This document shows positions 18,170 to 30,123 of a DNA stretch of 64,000 nucleotides, one piece after another. The translations under genes and the position numbers were made by a program. The notes under the pieces were generated by a model. That model did no database searches. It saw only the letters and a program-made list of their open reading frames with translations, and was not told the DNA's origin. The stretch's first letter is position 1. Each line of letters opens with the position of its first letter. The stretch is from Alphaproteobacteria bacterium (lineage in GTDB: Bacteria > Pseudomonadota > Alphaproteobacteria > MPNO01 > UBA830): the NCBI GenBank assembly GCA_965243135.1, contig OZ251539.1, forward strand, positions 3,616,001-3,680,000, read 5' to 3'.

Positions 18170-20047
18170 ATGGAGAGACTCGCAGGAGCGCTCCTGCGAG
18201 TCTGCCTCGCGGCCGTTCCGCTCGCCGGGATCGGCTGGATCCTCGCGATAACCGATTACTTCGGGTTCGCCCTGACCTTTCAGCAGGCTCTCGGCGTCAT
18301 TCTCGGGTTCGCCTGCGCTTGCGCGTTTCTCAGATATCCGTATCGCGAGAGAGCGGGCGCTCTCGAGCTGGCGCTGTCCCTGACCGCCTTTCTGTGCTGG
18401 TTCTGGATGGCGTACAACTTCGAGGACTGGATCGTGACCGCGCACGAGCGCACGCCTGACAAGTGGGTGCCCGGCGCGCTCGCCCTCGTCCTGATGATGG
18501 AGGGCTTGCGCAAGGCGGCCGGCAAGGTCATCGCCGGCCTCGTCTGGGTCTTGATCCTTTACGCCTTTCTGGGGAACCACCTGCCGGGCGTACTGGAGGC
18601 GGAAGTCTTCCCGCCGACGAAGACGGTCACCTACTACTACGCGGACAACAACGGGGTGCCGGGACTCGTCCTGCAGGTCGTGGTCAACCTCGTGCTCGCG
18701 TTCATCATCTTCGGAAAGCTGATGGAGGTGAGCGGCGGCACCGCGTTCCTGAACGACATCGCCATGGGATGGATGGGGCACAGGCGGGGCGGCCCCGCGA
18801 AAGTGGCGGTGCTCGCGTCGAGCGCCTTCGGCACCATCTCCGGCTCGACCGTGGCGAACATCATGTCGACCGGCATCGTCACCATTCCGCTGATGAAACG
18901 AACGGGCTTCCGCCGGGAGTACGCCGGCGCGATCGAGGCCGTCGCCTCGAACGGAGGGCAGATCGCGCCGCCGGTGATGGGCGCGACAGCCTTCATCATC
19001 GCCGAGTTCCTCGAGATTCCCTACCAGGACGTCGTCGTCGCGGCCGCGATCCCGGCCGCCATCTATTTCCTCGTCCTTTTCCTGCAGGTCGACGCCGTGG
19101 CCCGCCGCTTCGACATAAAGGGGCTGCCCCGCTCGGAACTGCCCAACGTGCGGCGCGTTCTCAAAACCGGATGGATCTTCATCCTGCCGATCGTCGTTCT
19201 GCTTTATTTCCTGTTCTGGCTCGGATACAACCCGGGCCTTTCGGCGCTCTATTCGGCGGCGAGCCTGATCGTGCTGATGACCGTGCGCGACCGGCGGCCG
19301 CCGACCGCGGAGCACTGGAAGAACTTCGTGCTCGGCTCCGGAGAAATCCTGGTTCCGCTCATCCTGATCGGCGGCGCGGCGGGCATCATTCTCGGCGTGC
19401 TCAACTCCACCGGCCTCGCTTTTCAGCTCAGTCTGATCCTGGCCGCGATCGGCGAAAGCAACGGCGTTCTCGTCATGCTGATGCTCACCTCGCTGATCTG
19501 CATCGTGCTCGGAATGGGGATGCCCACGGCGACGGTCTATATCGTGCTCGTCTCCGTCATCGGCCCGGCCCTGATCAAGATGGGACTCGTGCCCATCGGC
19601 GCGCATCTCTTCCTGTTCTATTTCGGCCTGATCAGCATGCTCACGCCGCCGGTGGCGATCGCGTCGATGGTCGCCGCCGAGATGGCGGGCGCCAACATGT
19701 GGCGGACCGGCTTCATCGGCGTGCAGCTCGCGGCGACGGCCTATCTCCTGCCCTATCTCTGGGCGTTCAACCCCGCCCTGCTGTTCGAAGGCGGCCTCTT
19801 CGCCATCGTCTGCGCCGTGACGACCGCGGCGACGGCCGGCCTGCTGCTCGCGCATTCCCTGACGGTATTCGGGAACGGCGGCGTTATCGGCTGGACGTCG
19901 TCCGCCGCGATGTACGCCGCCTGCATCGTCGTCGGATCCTCCACCGTCTGGCTGGGAGCCGACTCTCCGTTCACGCTAGCCGTGGCCGCCGCCGGTTGCG
20001 TCGTCGTCCATCTCGTGTTGCGGCGCGCGCGGTCGGCGCCTTCCTGA
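18170..20047 (+). CDS. TRAP transporter fused 4TM/12TM permease
   Basis: GGPAKVAV, GTISGSTVAN, ASNGGQIAPPVMGA, LGMGMPT, TPPVA. Confidence 0.92.
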   Translation: MERLAGALLRVCLAAVPLAGIGWILAITDYFGFALTFQQALGVILGFACACAFLRYPYRERAGALELALSLTAFLCWFWMAYNFEDWIVTAHERTPDKWVPGALALVLMMEGLRKAAGKVIAGLVWVLILYAFLGNHLPGVLEAEVFPPTKTVTYYYADNNGVPGLVLQVVVNLVLAFIIFGKLMEVSGGTAFLNDIAMGWMGHRRGGPAKVAVLASSAFGTISGSTVANIMSTGIVTIPLMKRTGFRREYAGAIEAVASNGGQIAPPVMGATAFIIAEFLEIPYQDVVVAAAIPAAIYFLVLFLQVDAVARRFDIKGLPRSELPNVRRVLKTGWIFILPIVVLLYFLFWLGYNPGLSALYSAASLIVLMTVRDRRPPTAEHWKNFVLGSGEILVPLILIGGAAGIILGVLNSTGLAFQLSLILAAIGESNGVLVMLMLTSLICIVLGMGMPTATVYIVLVSVIGPALIKMGLVPIGAHLFLFYFGLISMLTPPVAIASMVAAEMAGANMWRTGFIGVQLAATAYLLPYLWAFNPALLFEGGLFAIVCAVTTAATAGLLLAHSLTVFGNGGVIGWTSSAAMYAACIVVGSSTVWLGADSPFTLAVAAAGCVVVHLVLRRARSAPS

Positions 20048-20091
20048 GCGGCCGGCGCGCGGAAAACGGACGCGCCGCCCCGGCGCGTCCG

Positions 20092-20667
20092 TCAGCTTCC
20101 GGGCATCAGGTCGGCGACGTCGACTCCTTCGCCCACGCGGTGAAGCGGCCGGCCGGAATCGGCGACGGCGACAATCACGACGATTTCGTCCGACCGCGGC
20201 GCGTCGGGCAGCGAGACTTCCATCGCGTCGAAGTGCGAGAACGTCCACATTTCCGCCTTGTGGTGCAGCGGACAGTCGATCGCGGCGCCGGGACCCGCGA
20301 CCTTCGCGGCGGACGGGATGATGGAAGGAGCCGGGCCCATGACGGCGCGCAACGGCTTCCCCAGCGTCGGATGCAGAACGGCGGCCGCATGCTCCCTTTC
20401 GCCGCTCTCGCCGACGATGGCGGCCTTGCCGAAGCTTTCGACCCGGCCGGCTTCGACGCCGAGCGCCTCCATCGCCTTGCGTCCGAGCAGGTCGCCGAGC
20501 TCCGCTCCCGCCGCCTCGAGTTCTTCGAGATCCCTGGAGTACCGGCCGGCATAGGGGTTTCGCATCACCGCGACAGCGGCGCACTGCCGTGTCGGCGGAT
20601 CGACCGCCTCGCCCTGTTCCGTTCGCACTTCCTCCACCACGGTGACGATTTTCCTGATTTCCGGCAT
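20092..20667 (-). CDS. 'Amino acid synthesis' family protein (AA_synth/DUF1185-like)
   Basis: IRKIVT, NPYAGRY, ESFGKAAIVG, EREHAAA, SHFDAME, DAPRSDEI. GGAGG upstream. Confidence 0.8.
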   Translation of the reverse strand: MPEIRKIVTVVEEVRTEQGEAVDPPTRQCAAVAVMRNPYAGRYSRDLEELEAAGAELGDLLGRKAMEALGVEAGRVESFGKAAIVGESGEREHAAAVLHPTLGKPLRAVMGPAPSIIPSAAKVAGPGAAIDCPLHHKAEMWTFSHFDAMEVSLPDAPRSDEIVVIVAVADSGRPLHRVGEGVDVADLMPGS

Positions 20668-21068
20668 GGGAACCTCCCTTCTCGATCGCCCTCCGTGCGG
20701 AGCGCGTTCACGCAGTATCGCACCGTCGTCCGGGGGCGACGAGTCGGACTCGACCGGAGCCCGCCTCGCGTCGTTCGACAAGGCCCGGACGAAACGGCCG
20801 TCGGCCCAGCGAGCTGCCGTATGCCCGCGCATTTCGGCTATCGCTTCAGAAAACGCAACGGATCCGTCCGTTTGGGTATGAACTCCGCATTGCCAAGTCG
20901 CTTCCGATAATGCTAACTTTAAGTGTTCTCTCTCCAAATGTTGTGGGGTGACCGTACCAACACGATGCTGCCGGGGAGGAACACGCCGGAGCTGATGGAA
21001 GATTGCATTGGCGCCTGCGAGAATATGCTCCAAGTGACTTTGATGAATTCTGGGGACCGTGACAAGGA

Positions 21069-22670
21069 ATGGCGATGAAGAAGCCTGCCGACACCGCGCC
21101 GGAATCTTCGGCACACAGGTCACACAGGTCACACAGGTCACACAGGTCACACCCAGACGTTCGCATCGACGTCGAGAATTTCGGCCCCATCGAAAAGGGG
21201 CAAATAGACCTTCGCCCCCTGACGGTATTCATCGGTCCCAGCAACACCGGCAAAACATATTTCGCCGTTCTCATATACGCCTTGCACCGAGTTCTCCAAG
21301 GGTTTCACAGATTCCCCATCCAAGGCAACTATCCATTTCTTCTAGAAGACGATTTCGACATTTCAAACGATGAATTTTTGCGCATTGTGCTCAAGCTTAT
21401 GAACGATGGACAATCATTTCATTTTTCCGACCTTCCGAAAAGTCTTGCGAACAGCATAAGTTCCGCATCCGGCAATCCTGATCTTTTGCAAAAAGAACTA
21501 ATAAATGAGTTATGTAGGTGTTTCAATGCCGATTCATTTAACGCTCTTTCAAGAGTCGGGCGATCACCCGTAGAAACAAAGATTTCCCTGATCGTCAAGG
21601 AAAAAGAAAAGAGTCTTTGGCAGTTTTCCATGAGAAAATTCAAAGACGAATGCAGATCGAGCGGGAAAATCGAAAATATCGATATTTTCTCGAATTCACA
21701 AGATATAGGTGGTGAAAATCAGGAAGAAATAATGCGCCTTTTTTTCCGGATTCTGATCAACGGAAGGCCGAGCGATACAGCAAAAGAATCATATAATCGC
21801 ATCAAGACAATCGTGGGGCTTCTATCCAGCTCGACGCCTCCGAGAATCCAAAAACAGTATTATCTTCCCGCATCCAGAAGCGGCATCATGCTATGCCACA
21901 GAAATATCGCAACTACCTTGCTGTCGCGGTCCTCCGAAGCGGGTCTCTTTCCCGAATTTCCCGGCATAGTTGCCGATTTTCTGCAACATCTAATCCTTCA
22001 GGAGGACGATCCAACTCCTCGAACGGGCGTTCCGGACCAGGAAATACAGGAAAAACCCGCTGAAGATCTCGCCGATTACCTGGAACGGGAGATGTTGGGC
22101 GGGCGAATAGAAGTCATTCGCTCGCGCCCGCACGAATTTCCGCATTTCGCTTACCGATTTCATGACACGGATCACGGCATCCGCTTGAACATGGCGTCAT
22201 CTATGGTTTCGGAACTGGCGCCGATCGTTCTTTTTCTTCGCCGTTGCGTCGTAAAAGGCGACATGCTCGTTATCGAGGAGCCGGAAGCTCATCTGCATCC
22301 GGCAGCCCAAGCTGACTTGGCAACGCTTCTGGTTCGGCTCATTCACCGCGGAATTAGGGTGTTGATTACGACGCACAGCGAGTGGTTGCTGCAAGCCCTT
22401 GGAAACCTTATGTTCGAAGGAAAAATAAAGGAAAAATCGGAAGAAAGAGGAGCGGGATTTTCTAATTCTCTAACTCCGAAAGACATTGGAATATGGCTTT
22501 TCGACAAAGAGGATGGAGATCAGGGAACGGTGGTGAAAGAAGTGAATCTGGATCCATACCGAGGAATTGAAACGCCGGATTACGAAAAAGTATCGGATGC
22601 GCTATACGGCCGTACCGCGGCGCTTCAAAATCTTCTGGAGTTCCTTGATGACGATTTCGAAAAGGAATAG
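21069..22670 (+). CDS. ABC-type ATPase (AAA_15/AAA_21-like), defence-associated
   Basis: IDVENFGPI, GPSNTGKT, YLPASRSG, ASSMVSEL, LVIEEPEAHLHPAAQ, ITTHS. Low GC. Confidence 0.85.
   Translation: MAMKKPADTAPESSAHRSHRSHRSHRSHPDVRIDVENFGPIEKGQIDLRPLTVFIGPSNTGKTYFAVLIYALHRVLQGFHRFPIQGNYPFLLEDDFDISNDEFLRIVLKLMNDGQSFHFSDLPKSLANSISSASGNPDLLQKELINELCRCFNADSFNALSRVGRSPVETKISLIVKEKEKSLWQFSMRKFKDECRSSGKIENIDIFSNSQDIGGENQEEIMRLFFRILINGRPSDTAKESYNRIKTIVGLLSSSTPPRIQKQYYLPASRSGIMLCHRNIATTLLSRSSEAGLFPEFPGIVADFLQHLILQEDDPTPRTGVPDQEIQEKPAEDLADYLEREMLGGRIEVIRSRPHEFPHFAYRFHDTDHGIRLNMASSMVSELAPIVLFLRRCVVKGDMLVIEEPEAHLHPAAQADLATLLVRLIHRGIRVLITTHSEWLLQALGNLMFEGKIKEKSEERGAGFSNSLTPKDIGIWLFDKEDGDQGTVVKEVNLDPYRGIETPDYEKVSDALYGRTAALQNLLEFLDDDFEKE
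21112..21152 (+). repeat. 9-bp tandem repeat (CACACAGGT)x4 plus partial
   Basis: Seen directly; encodes (SHR)n in the ATPase N-terminus. Confidence 0.95.
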
Positions 22671-23166
22671 TAGGCATATTTTGGATGACGTTCGATCGTC
22701 GATCGGCAGGGAAAACTTGGCATCGTCATGCAGCCGGGATGGATGCCGCGTGCATTTGGACAAGATCGCCGGCGATCGGGTGATCGCGGATATGGACCTT
22801 GCCTTTGATGCGCATCAAATGAACGGTCAGCGATGCGATTTTGTTTTCTATACCGTCGGTTTGAACGGATATCTTCTTGCGCTTCCTATGGAACTCAAGA
22901 GCGGAGATGTCAGAGCTTCGGACGTTCTTATGCAACTCCAAGGAGGTGTAGATTTCGTGAAATCCGTTACGCCGCAGGCCGTTTGTCATCCTGTTTTGTT
23001 TCACGGAGGATCCCTGAGAAAGCCAGAACACGTTGCTCTTCGGAAACGGAAGTTTCCCGTCAATGAACATCGTATTTCCGTTACTGTGGCCCGATGCGAT
23101 CACGGTGGAAATTTGGCGCAGTGCCTGAAGATCATTGAGGGCCGGGTTTCAAAATTTTTGAACTAA
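22648..23166 (+). CDS. Hypothetical protein, possible PD-(D/E)XK nuclease partner of the ATPase
   Basis: Overlaps the ATPase 3' end. RCDFVF...MELKSG...QLQGG pattern. Confidence 0.6.
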   Translation: MTISKRNSRHILDDVRSSIGRENLASSCSRDGCRVHLDKIAGDRVIADMDLAFDAHQMNGQRCDFVFYTVGLNGYLLALPMELKSGDVRASDVLMQLQGGVDFVKSVTPQAVCHPVLFHGGSLRKPEHVALRKRKFPVNEHRISVTVARCDHGGNLAQCLKIIEGRVSKFLN

Positions 23167-23425
23167 CCTGTTCTATGGATATCGTCCCTCCAGATGTTGC
23201 GGTCCGTGATACTATGTCACAACCTCTCCGGGGAGGAGGCGTCCACGGAGTTGACAGGGGAAAATTTTTCGATAGCGTCACTAATGGCTGGATCGATTAT
23301 TCGCAAAATCGTGTCTTGGTGGAGCTGTTTTTTTTGCGCTCTCGTTTCATCCAATATTGGTCGCAGAGCTGTACTGAAGAAGACCAAGACATCGACCTTC
23401 TGAAACGACGTGCGGAAATCTCGCG

Positions 23426-24556
23426 ATGACGACTTTGCCGCTATTTGAAGACATCGTGAATGCGCTGCCGACGGAAGGGATAAAGTACGCCGGTTCGAAA
23501 CTCAAGCTTCTGCCCTGCATTCTCGATCTGGCGCGACAAACGCACGCGAGAAGCGTCCTCGACGGGTTTTCCGGGTCGACCCGGGTTTCTCAAGCGTTCG
23601 CCAAATCGGGTTATCGAGTCGTCAGCAACGATATTGCTGTCTGGTCGGAAGTTCTCGGGACTTGCTATCTTGGGAACCGCGAACCGGGAGATCGCTATTC
23701 GAGACTGATTCATGGCTTGAATGACGTGCCGCCGAAAGACGGCTGGTTTACGGAACATTACGGCGGAGAGCCGAATGGCGGCGTGGCCGTCGACGATGAC
23801 GGCTTCAAGAAACCCTGGCAGATTCACAACGCTCGTAAACTGGACGGGATCCGCGAGGAAATCGACAACCTTTCCTTGTCTCCCGTCGAAAAAGCGGTTG
23901 CTTTGACGAGCTTGATATTGGGCTTGGACCGCGTGGACAGCACACTTGGCCATCATGTTTCGTACCTTAGATGCTGGTCTCCTCGATCGTATAACGAATT
24001 GCGCCTCGAAGTGCCGAAGTTGTTTATTTCCAACTCGGGAAACGAGGTCGTTCGAGGAAACGTGTTCGACATTGTCGATCGCAAGGTCGACCTTGCGTAT
24101 TTCGATCCGCCGTACGGATCGAACAACGAAAAAATGCCGCCGTCGCGAGTTCGATACGCGTCGTACTATCATCTGTGGACCACCGTTTGTCTGAACGATA
24201 AGCCGGAATTGTTCGGCAAATCGATGCGCAGGAAGGATACGTCGGATACCGTCGCGGCATCCGAGTTTGAAGAATTCAAGAGGAATCCTCGCTCGGGCCG
24301 GTTCCTGGCGGTCGAAGCGGTGGAGCGGTTGATCCGGTCTGCGGCGGCGCGTTGGGTGATTCTATCGTACAGTTCCGGCGGTCGCGCCACCGCGGACGAA
24401 CTGGACGGCATTCTGTCCGCGAACGGCAAGATCGTCGAAATTCTCGAGATTGACTACAAGCGCAACGTCATGGCGGGAATGAAATGGACCGATGAATGGG
24501 TGCGCGACGCGGAAATTCCCAATAGGGAATTCCTGTTCCTGATTGACAGGGGATGA
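23426..24556 (+). CDS. D12-class DNA adenine methyltransferase
   Basis: KYAGSKLKL, VLDGFSGS, VSND, YFDPPY, ILSYS. Confidence 0.9.
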   Translation: MTTLPLFEDIVNALPTEGIKYAGSKLKLLPCILDLARQTHARSVLDGFSGSTRVSQAFAKSGYRVVSNDIAVWSEVLGTCYLGNREPGDRYSRLIHGLNDVPPKDGWFTEHYGGEPNGGVAVDDDGFKKPWQIHNARKLDGIREEIDNLSLSPVEKAVALTSLILGLDRVDSTLGHHVSYLRCWSPRSYNELRLEVPKLFISNSGNEVVRGNVFDIVDRKVDLAYFDPPYGSNNEKMPPSRVRYASYYHLWTTVCLNDKPELFGKSMRRKDTSDTVAASEFEEFKRNPRSGRFLAVEAVERLIRSAAARWVILSYSSGGRATADELDGILSANGKIVEILEIDYKRNVMAGMKWTDEWVRDAEIPNREFLFLIDRG

Positions 24557-24602
24557 GCGCGGCGCGCCGGCCGGTTGGCGGACGCGGTCGGGTTTCGGGC
24601 GG

Positions 24603-24628
24603 GCGGCGTTCCGCGCCGCTTTTTCTTT
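24603..24628 (+). terminator. Probable intrinsic terminator
   Basis: GCGGCG-TTCCG-CGCCGC followed by TTTTTCTTT, between convergent genes. Confidence 0.5.
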
Positions 24629-24643
24629 GCCGGCCGCGGATCC

Positions 24644-25468
24644 CTAACGGCCCCACCAATAGATGCAGCAGAACAGGAATAGCCACACCACGTCCACGAA
24701 ATGCCAGTACCAGGCCGCCGCCTCGAACCCGAAATGATGGTCGGGCCGGAAATGCCCCGCGCGGGCGCGGAAGAAGCAGACGATCAGGAAGATCGTGCCG
24801 ACCAGCACGTGAAACCCGTGGAAGCCGGTCGCCATGAAGAAGGTCGACGGATAAATTCCTTCGCGGAATCCGAACGCCGCGTGGGTGTACTCGTAAACCT
24901 GAACGCCGGTGAAGCAGATGCCCAGGAAGATCGTGAGGCCCAGCCCCTGCAGCATGTGCTTGCGGTCGCCTTCGCGCAACGCGTGGTGCGCCCAGGTGAC
25001 GGTCACGCCCGACATCAGAAGGATGAGCGTGTTGAGAAAGGGCAGATCCCAGGTGTCGAAGGTCTGCACGCCGGGCGGCGGCCACTGCCCCTCGATCTGC
25101 GCCGGAGGAAACAGCGCCGCGTTGAAATAGGCCCAGAACCACGCCACGAAGAACATGACCTCGGAGGCGATGAAAAGCGCCATGCCGTAACGCAATCCGA
25201 TCTGAACCACCGGATTGTGGTAGCCTTCGTATTCGGCTTCCCGGATGACGTCCCAGAACCAGCCGGCCATCGTTCCGAGGATCCCGGCGAAGCCCAGAAT
25301 GAGGACCCAGGACACGCCCTCGTGCATGTAGAGCACGGCGCCCACCGTAAGAACGAGCGCCGAAACCGCGCCGATCGCCGGCCAGGGGCTGGGGTCGACC
25401 AGATGATAGGGGTGCTTGTGGCCGTGAAAGTCGGCGGCGCTGGTGCCGGAATCCGCTGGCGGTGCCAT
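24644..25468 (-). CDS. coxC: Cytochrome c oxidase subunit III
   Basis: HPYHLVDPSPWP, FIASEVMFF, TGFHGFHV, AAWYWHFVDVVW. Confidence 0.97.
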   Translation of the reverse strand: MAPPADSGTSAADFHGHKHPYHLVDPSPWPAIGAVSALVLTVGAVLYMHEGVSWVLILGFAGILGTMAGWFWDVIREAEYEGYHNPVVQIGLRYGMALFIASEVMFFVAWFWAYFNAALFPPAQIEGQWPPPGVQTFDTWDLPFLNTLILLMSGVTVTWAHHALREGDRKHMLQGLGLTIFLGICFTGVQVYEYTHAAFGFREGIYPSTFFMATGFHGFHVLVGTIFLIVCFFRARAGHFRPDHHFGFEAAAWYWHFVDVVWLFLFCCIYWWGR

Positions 25469-25486
25469 CTGCTGACGCTCCGTTGT

Positions 25487-26056
25487 TTAACTGTCGGCGG
25501 AAGCCTGCGCCGCGGACGGGCCGGCCTCCTCCTCGCTGCGAAAGAACGTGTAGGAAAGCGTGATCGTCGTCACGTCGTCCAGGCCCGGGTCCTCGGCGAT
25601 GGCCGGATCGATGAAAAAGGCGACCGGCATGTCCGCTGACGCTCCCGCTTCGAGCCGCTGCTCGGTAAAGCAGAAGCATTCGATCTTGTTGAAGTACAGC
25701 CCCGCTTTCAGCGGCGTGACGTTGAACGTGGCGGTGCCCGCGACGACGGACTTGGAGATGTTGCGCGCCCGGTAGAACGCAAGCGCCTGCTCGCCGACGC
25801 GGATGTCGACGTCGCCCTGGGACGGCGCGAAGCTCCACGGCAGGTCCGGAGCCACGTCGGCGTTGAACCGGACCGTGATCCGGCGATCCAGAATTCGCGC
25901 GGGCGCCGCGTCCGCGACCTGCGTGGTTCCGCCGTATCCCGTGACCTGGCAGAATATCCTGTACAGCGGCGCGGCGGCGAAGGCCGCGGCCGTCATGCAC
26001 CCGGCCGCGGCGAGGGCGACGAGGAAGGTGCGGCGGTTGCGGGTCGCGGCCGCCAT
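25487..26056 (-). CDS. ctaG: Cytochrome c oxidase assembly protein CtaG/Cox11
   Basis: PLYRIFCQVTGYGG, YFNKIECFCF, TLSYTF. Confidence 0.95.
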   Translation of the reverse strand: MAAATRNRRTFLVALAAAGCMTAAAFAAAPLYRIFCQVTGYGGTTQVADAAPARILDRRITVRFNADVAPDLPWSFAPSQGDVDIRVGEQALAFYRARNISKSVVAGTATFNVTPLKAGLYFNKIECFCFTEQRLEAGASADMPVAFFIDPAIAEDPGLDDVTTITLSYTFFRSEEEAGPSAAQASADS

Positions 26057-26057
26057 G

Positions 26058-26180
26058 TCAGCTCCCCGCGCCCATGCGGACGACGGACATCACGTAGAAC
26101 AGGGCCGCAAGCGCGAAGATGACCGCGGCCAGGGCGATATTGCGGCCGCGCCGCCTGCGATGCATCTCCGAACGAGCCAT
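26058..26180 (-). CDS. Small membrane protein of the cox operon
   Basis: MARSEMHRRRRGRNIALAAVIFALAALFYVMSVVRM, at the usual position between ctaB and ctaG. Confidence 0.7.
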   Translation of the reverse strand: MARSEMHRRRRGRNIALAAVIFALAALFYVMSVVRMGAGS

Positions 26181-27082
26181 CACCCCCGCCCGACCGCGCT
26201 GTCGACGATAAGGCCGGCGAACAGCAGGAAAAGGTAAAGGATGGAAAAGCCGAACATGCGGCGCGCCGCGCGCTCCGACTCGTCCCGCCGCAGGCCGATC
26301 GCCAGCCGCAGGAAGACGATGCCGAGCGCCAGGGCGAGCAGCCCCCACGCGCCGCTCGCCGTCCCGACCCACCACGGAACGAGGGACACCGGGAGCAGCA
26401 GCGCCGTATAGAGGAGGATCTGGCGGCGCGTCTCGCGGTCGCCCGCCACCACCGGCAGCATCGGCACGCCGGCCCGCGCGTATTCGTCGCGCCTGTAGAG
26501 CGACAGCGCCCAGAAATGCGGCGGCGTCCACATGAAGATCAGCGCGAACAGCGCGACCGCGCCCGCCCCGACCTCGCCGGTGACCGCCGCCCAGCCGATC
26601 ATCGGCGGAAACGCTCCGGCCGCGCCGCCGATCACGATGTTCCACGCGGTGCGCCGCTTGAGCCAGATCGTGTAGACGAACACGTAGAAGCCGATGGCGA
26701 GCGCCAGAAGGGCGGCGGCGGTCCAGTTGACGCCGAGCGCCATCACCATGACGGACGCGCCGGCGAGAATCACGCCGAACGGCAGCGCGGCTTCGGGCCG
26801 CATGCGGCCGGCGGGCAGAGGCCGGTTGCGGGTGCGCTCCATCCTCGCGTCGATGTCGCGTTCGAACCACATGTTGATCGCGCCCGACGCGCCCGCGGCC
26901 ACCGCGATGGCCAGCACCGCGACGGCCGCGATCACCGGATGGATCCCGCCCGGCGCCGCGACGACGCCGGCGGCGCCCGTGAACGCGACGAGGGACATCA
27001 CCCGCGGTTTGAGCAGGGCGAAGAAATCCGCCACCGCGGCTTCCTGCCGCAGGACGGCCCCCGTTCCGCCGACTCCGGTCAT
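26180..27082 (-). CDS. ctaB: Protoheme IX farnesyltransferase
   Basis: LLKPRVMSL, ERDIDARMERTRNRP, WTPPHFWAL. Confidence 0.96.
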   Translation of the reverse strand: MTGVGGTGAVLRQEAAVADFFALLKPRVMSLVAFTGAAGVVAAPGGIHPVIAAVAVLAIAVAAGASGAINMWFERDIDARMERTRNRPLPAGRMRPEAALPFGVILAGASVMVMALGVNWTAAALLALAIGFYVFVYTIWLKRRTAWNIVIGGAAGAFPPMIGWAAVTGEVGAGAVALFALIFMWTPPHFWALSLYRRDEYARAGVPMLPVVAGDRETRRQILLYTALLLPVSLVPWWVGTASGAWGLLALALGIVFLRLAIGLRRDESERAARRMFGFSILYLFLLFAGLIVDSAVGRG

Positions 27083-27098
27083 CTCCGCCGCCGCTCCG

Positions 27099-29551
<2,453 letters not shown>

Positions 29552-29804
29552 CGTGTCTGATCCTGATTCGTCTGCGCCGCCGCTGTCGTCCGACCCGTCG
29601 AACCAGCGTGCCGGAAATCGAACTCCAAAAACGAAAATAACCTATTTCGATGCCCGTATACAAGACGGACGCGTCGCCGCGGGGCGGACGGCGAACCCGG
29701 CCCCGCCGCCGCGGCGCGCGGCGCGGCGAAGCGGGACCGCCGCGATCGACGCCGGACCGGCCCGCGCCCCGAAAATCGCGCGGCCGGCCGGCGGCCTCGG
29801 ACAA

Positions 29805-29833
29805 TTGACATTCGCGGCGCGAGGCGTCATTTT
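29805..29833 (+). promoter_or_regulatory. Probable sigma70 promoter of tRNA-Leu
   Basis: TTGACA-17-CATTTT, 13 bp before the tRNA. Confidence 0.6.
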
Positions 29834-29846
29834 ACCCGCAACGGAC

Positions 29847-29933
29847 GCCCAGGTGGCGGAATTGGTAGACGCGCAGGTTTCAGGTACCTGTGGCCGCAAG
29901 GTCGTGGAAGTTCGAGTCTTCTCCTGGGCACCA
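29847..29933 (+). tRNA. tRNA-Leu(CAG)
   Basis: GCCCAGG/CCTGGGC acceptor stem plus ACCA, anticodon arm CAGGT-TTCAGGT-ACCTG, long variable arm, GTTCGAG T-loop. Confidence 0.96.
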
Positions 29934-30123
29934 GGCTCCGGCGGTTTTTTCCGGCGCCCCGCCGGTCGTCTTTTCGGCGAGCGTCCGGACCGCGCCTCCG
30001 ACGGGAGAGCGGACAGCCGGCGCCGTTCGGCGCGTTCCCGCGGAACCTCCCGCTTTGCCGGCGGCGGAAGGCGGCTCGGCGTCGTCCGTCGGATTTCAGG
30101 GGCCAGGGTCTGCGGAGCCCGCC

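Noticed and set aside
13661-19855. 2064-aa minus-strand ORF and other long track ORFs (53057-55972, 55423-57687, 47738-49720, 26694-28886, 5785-7674, 9574-11259)
   Set aside because: They are antisense shadows of recognisable genes in high-GC DNA and carry no motifs of their own.
23175-23429. 84-aa ORF before the methyltransferase as a restriction enzyme or controller protein
   Set aside because: No recognisable motif. It may be a fragment, so it is not listed as a feature.
29847-29933. tRNA-Leu as an island attachment site
   Set aside because: No integrase nearby, no duplicated tRNA 3' end noticed, and housekeeping genes on both sides.
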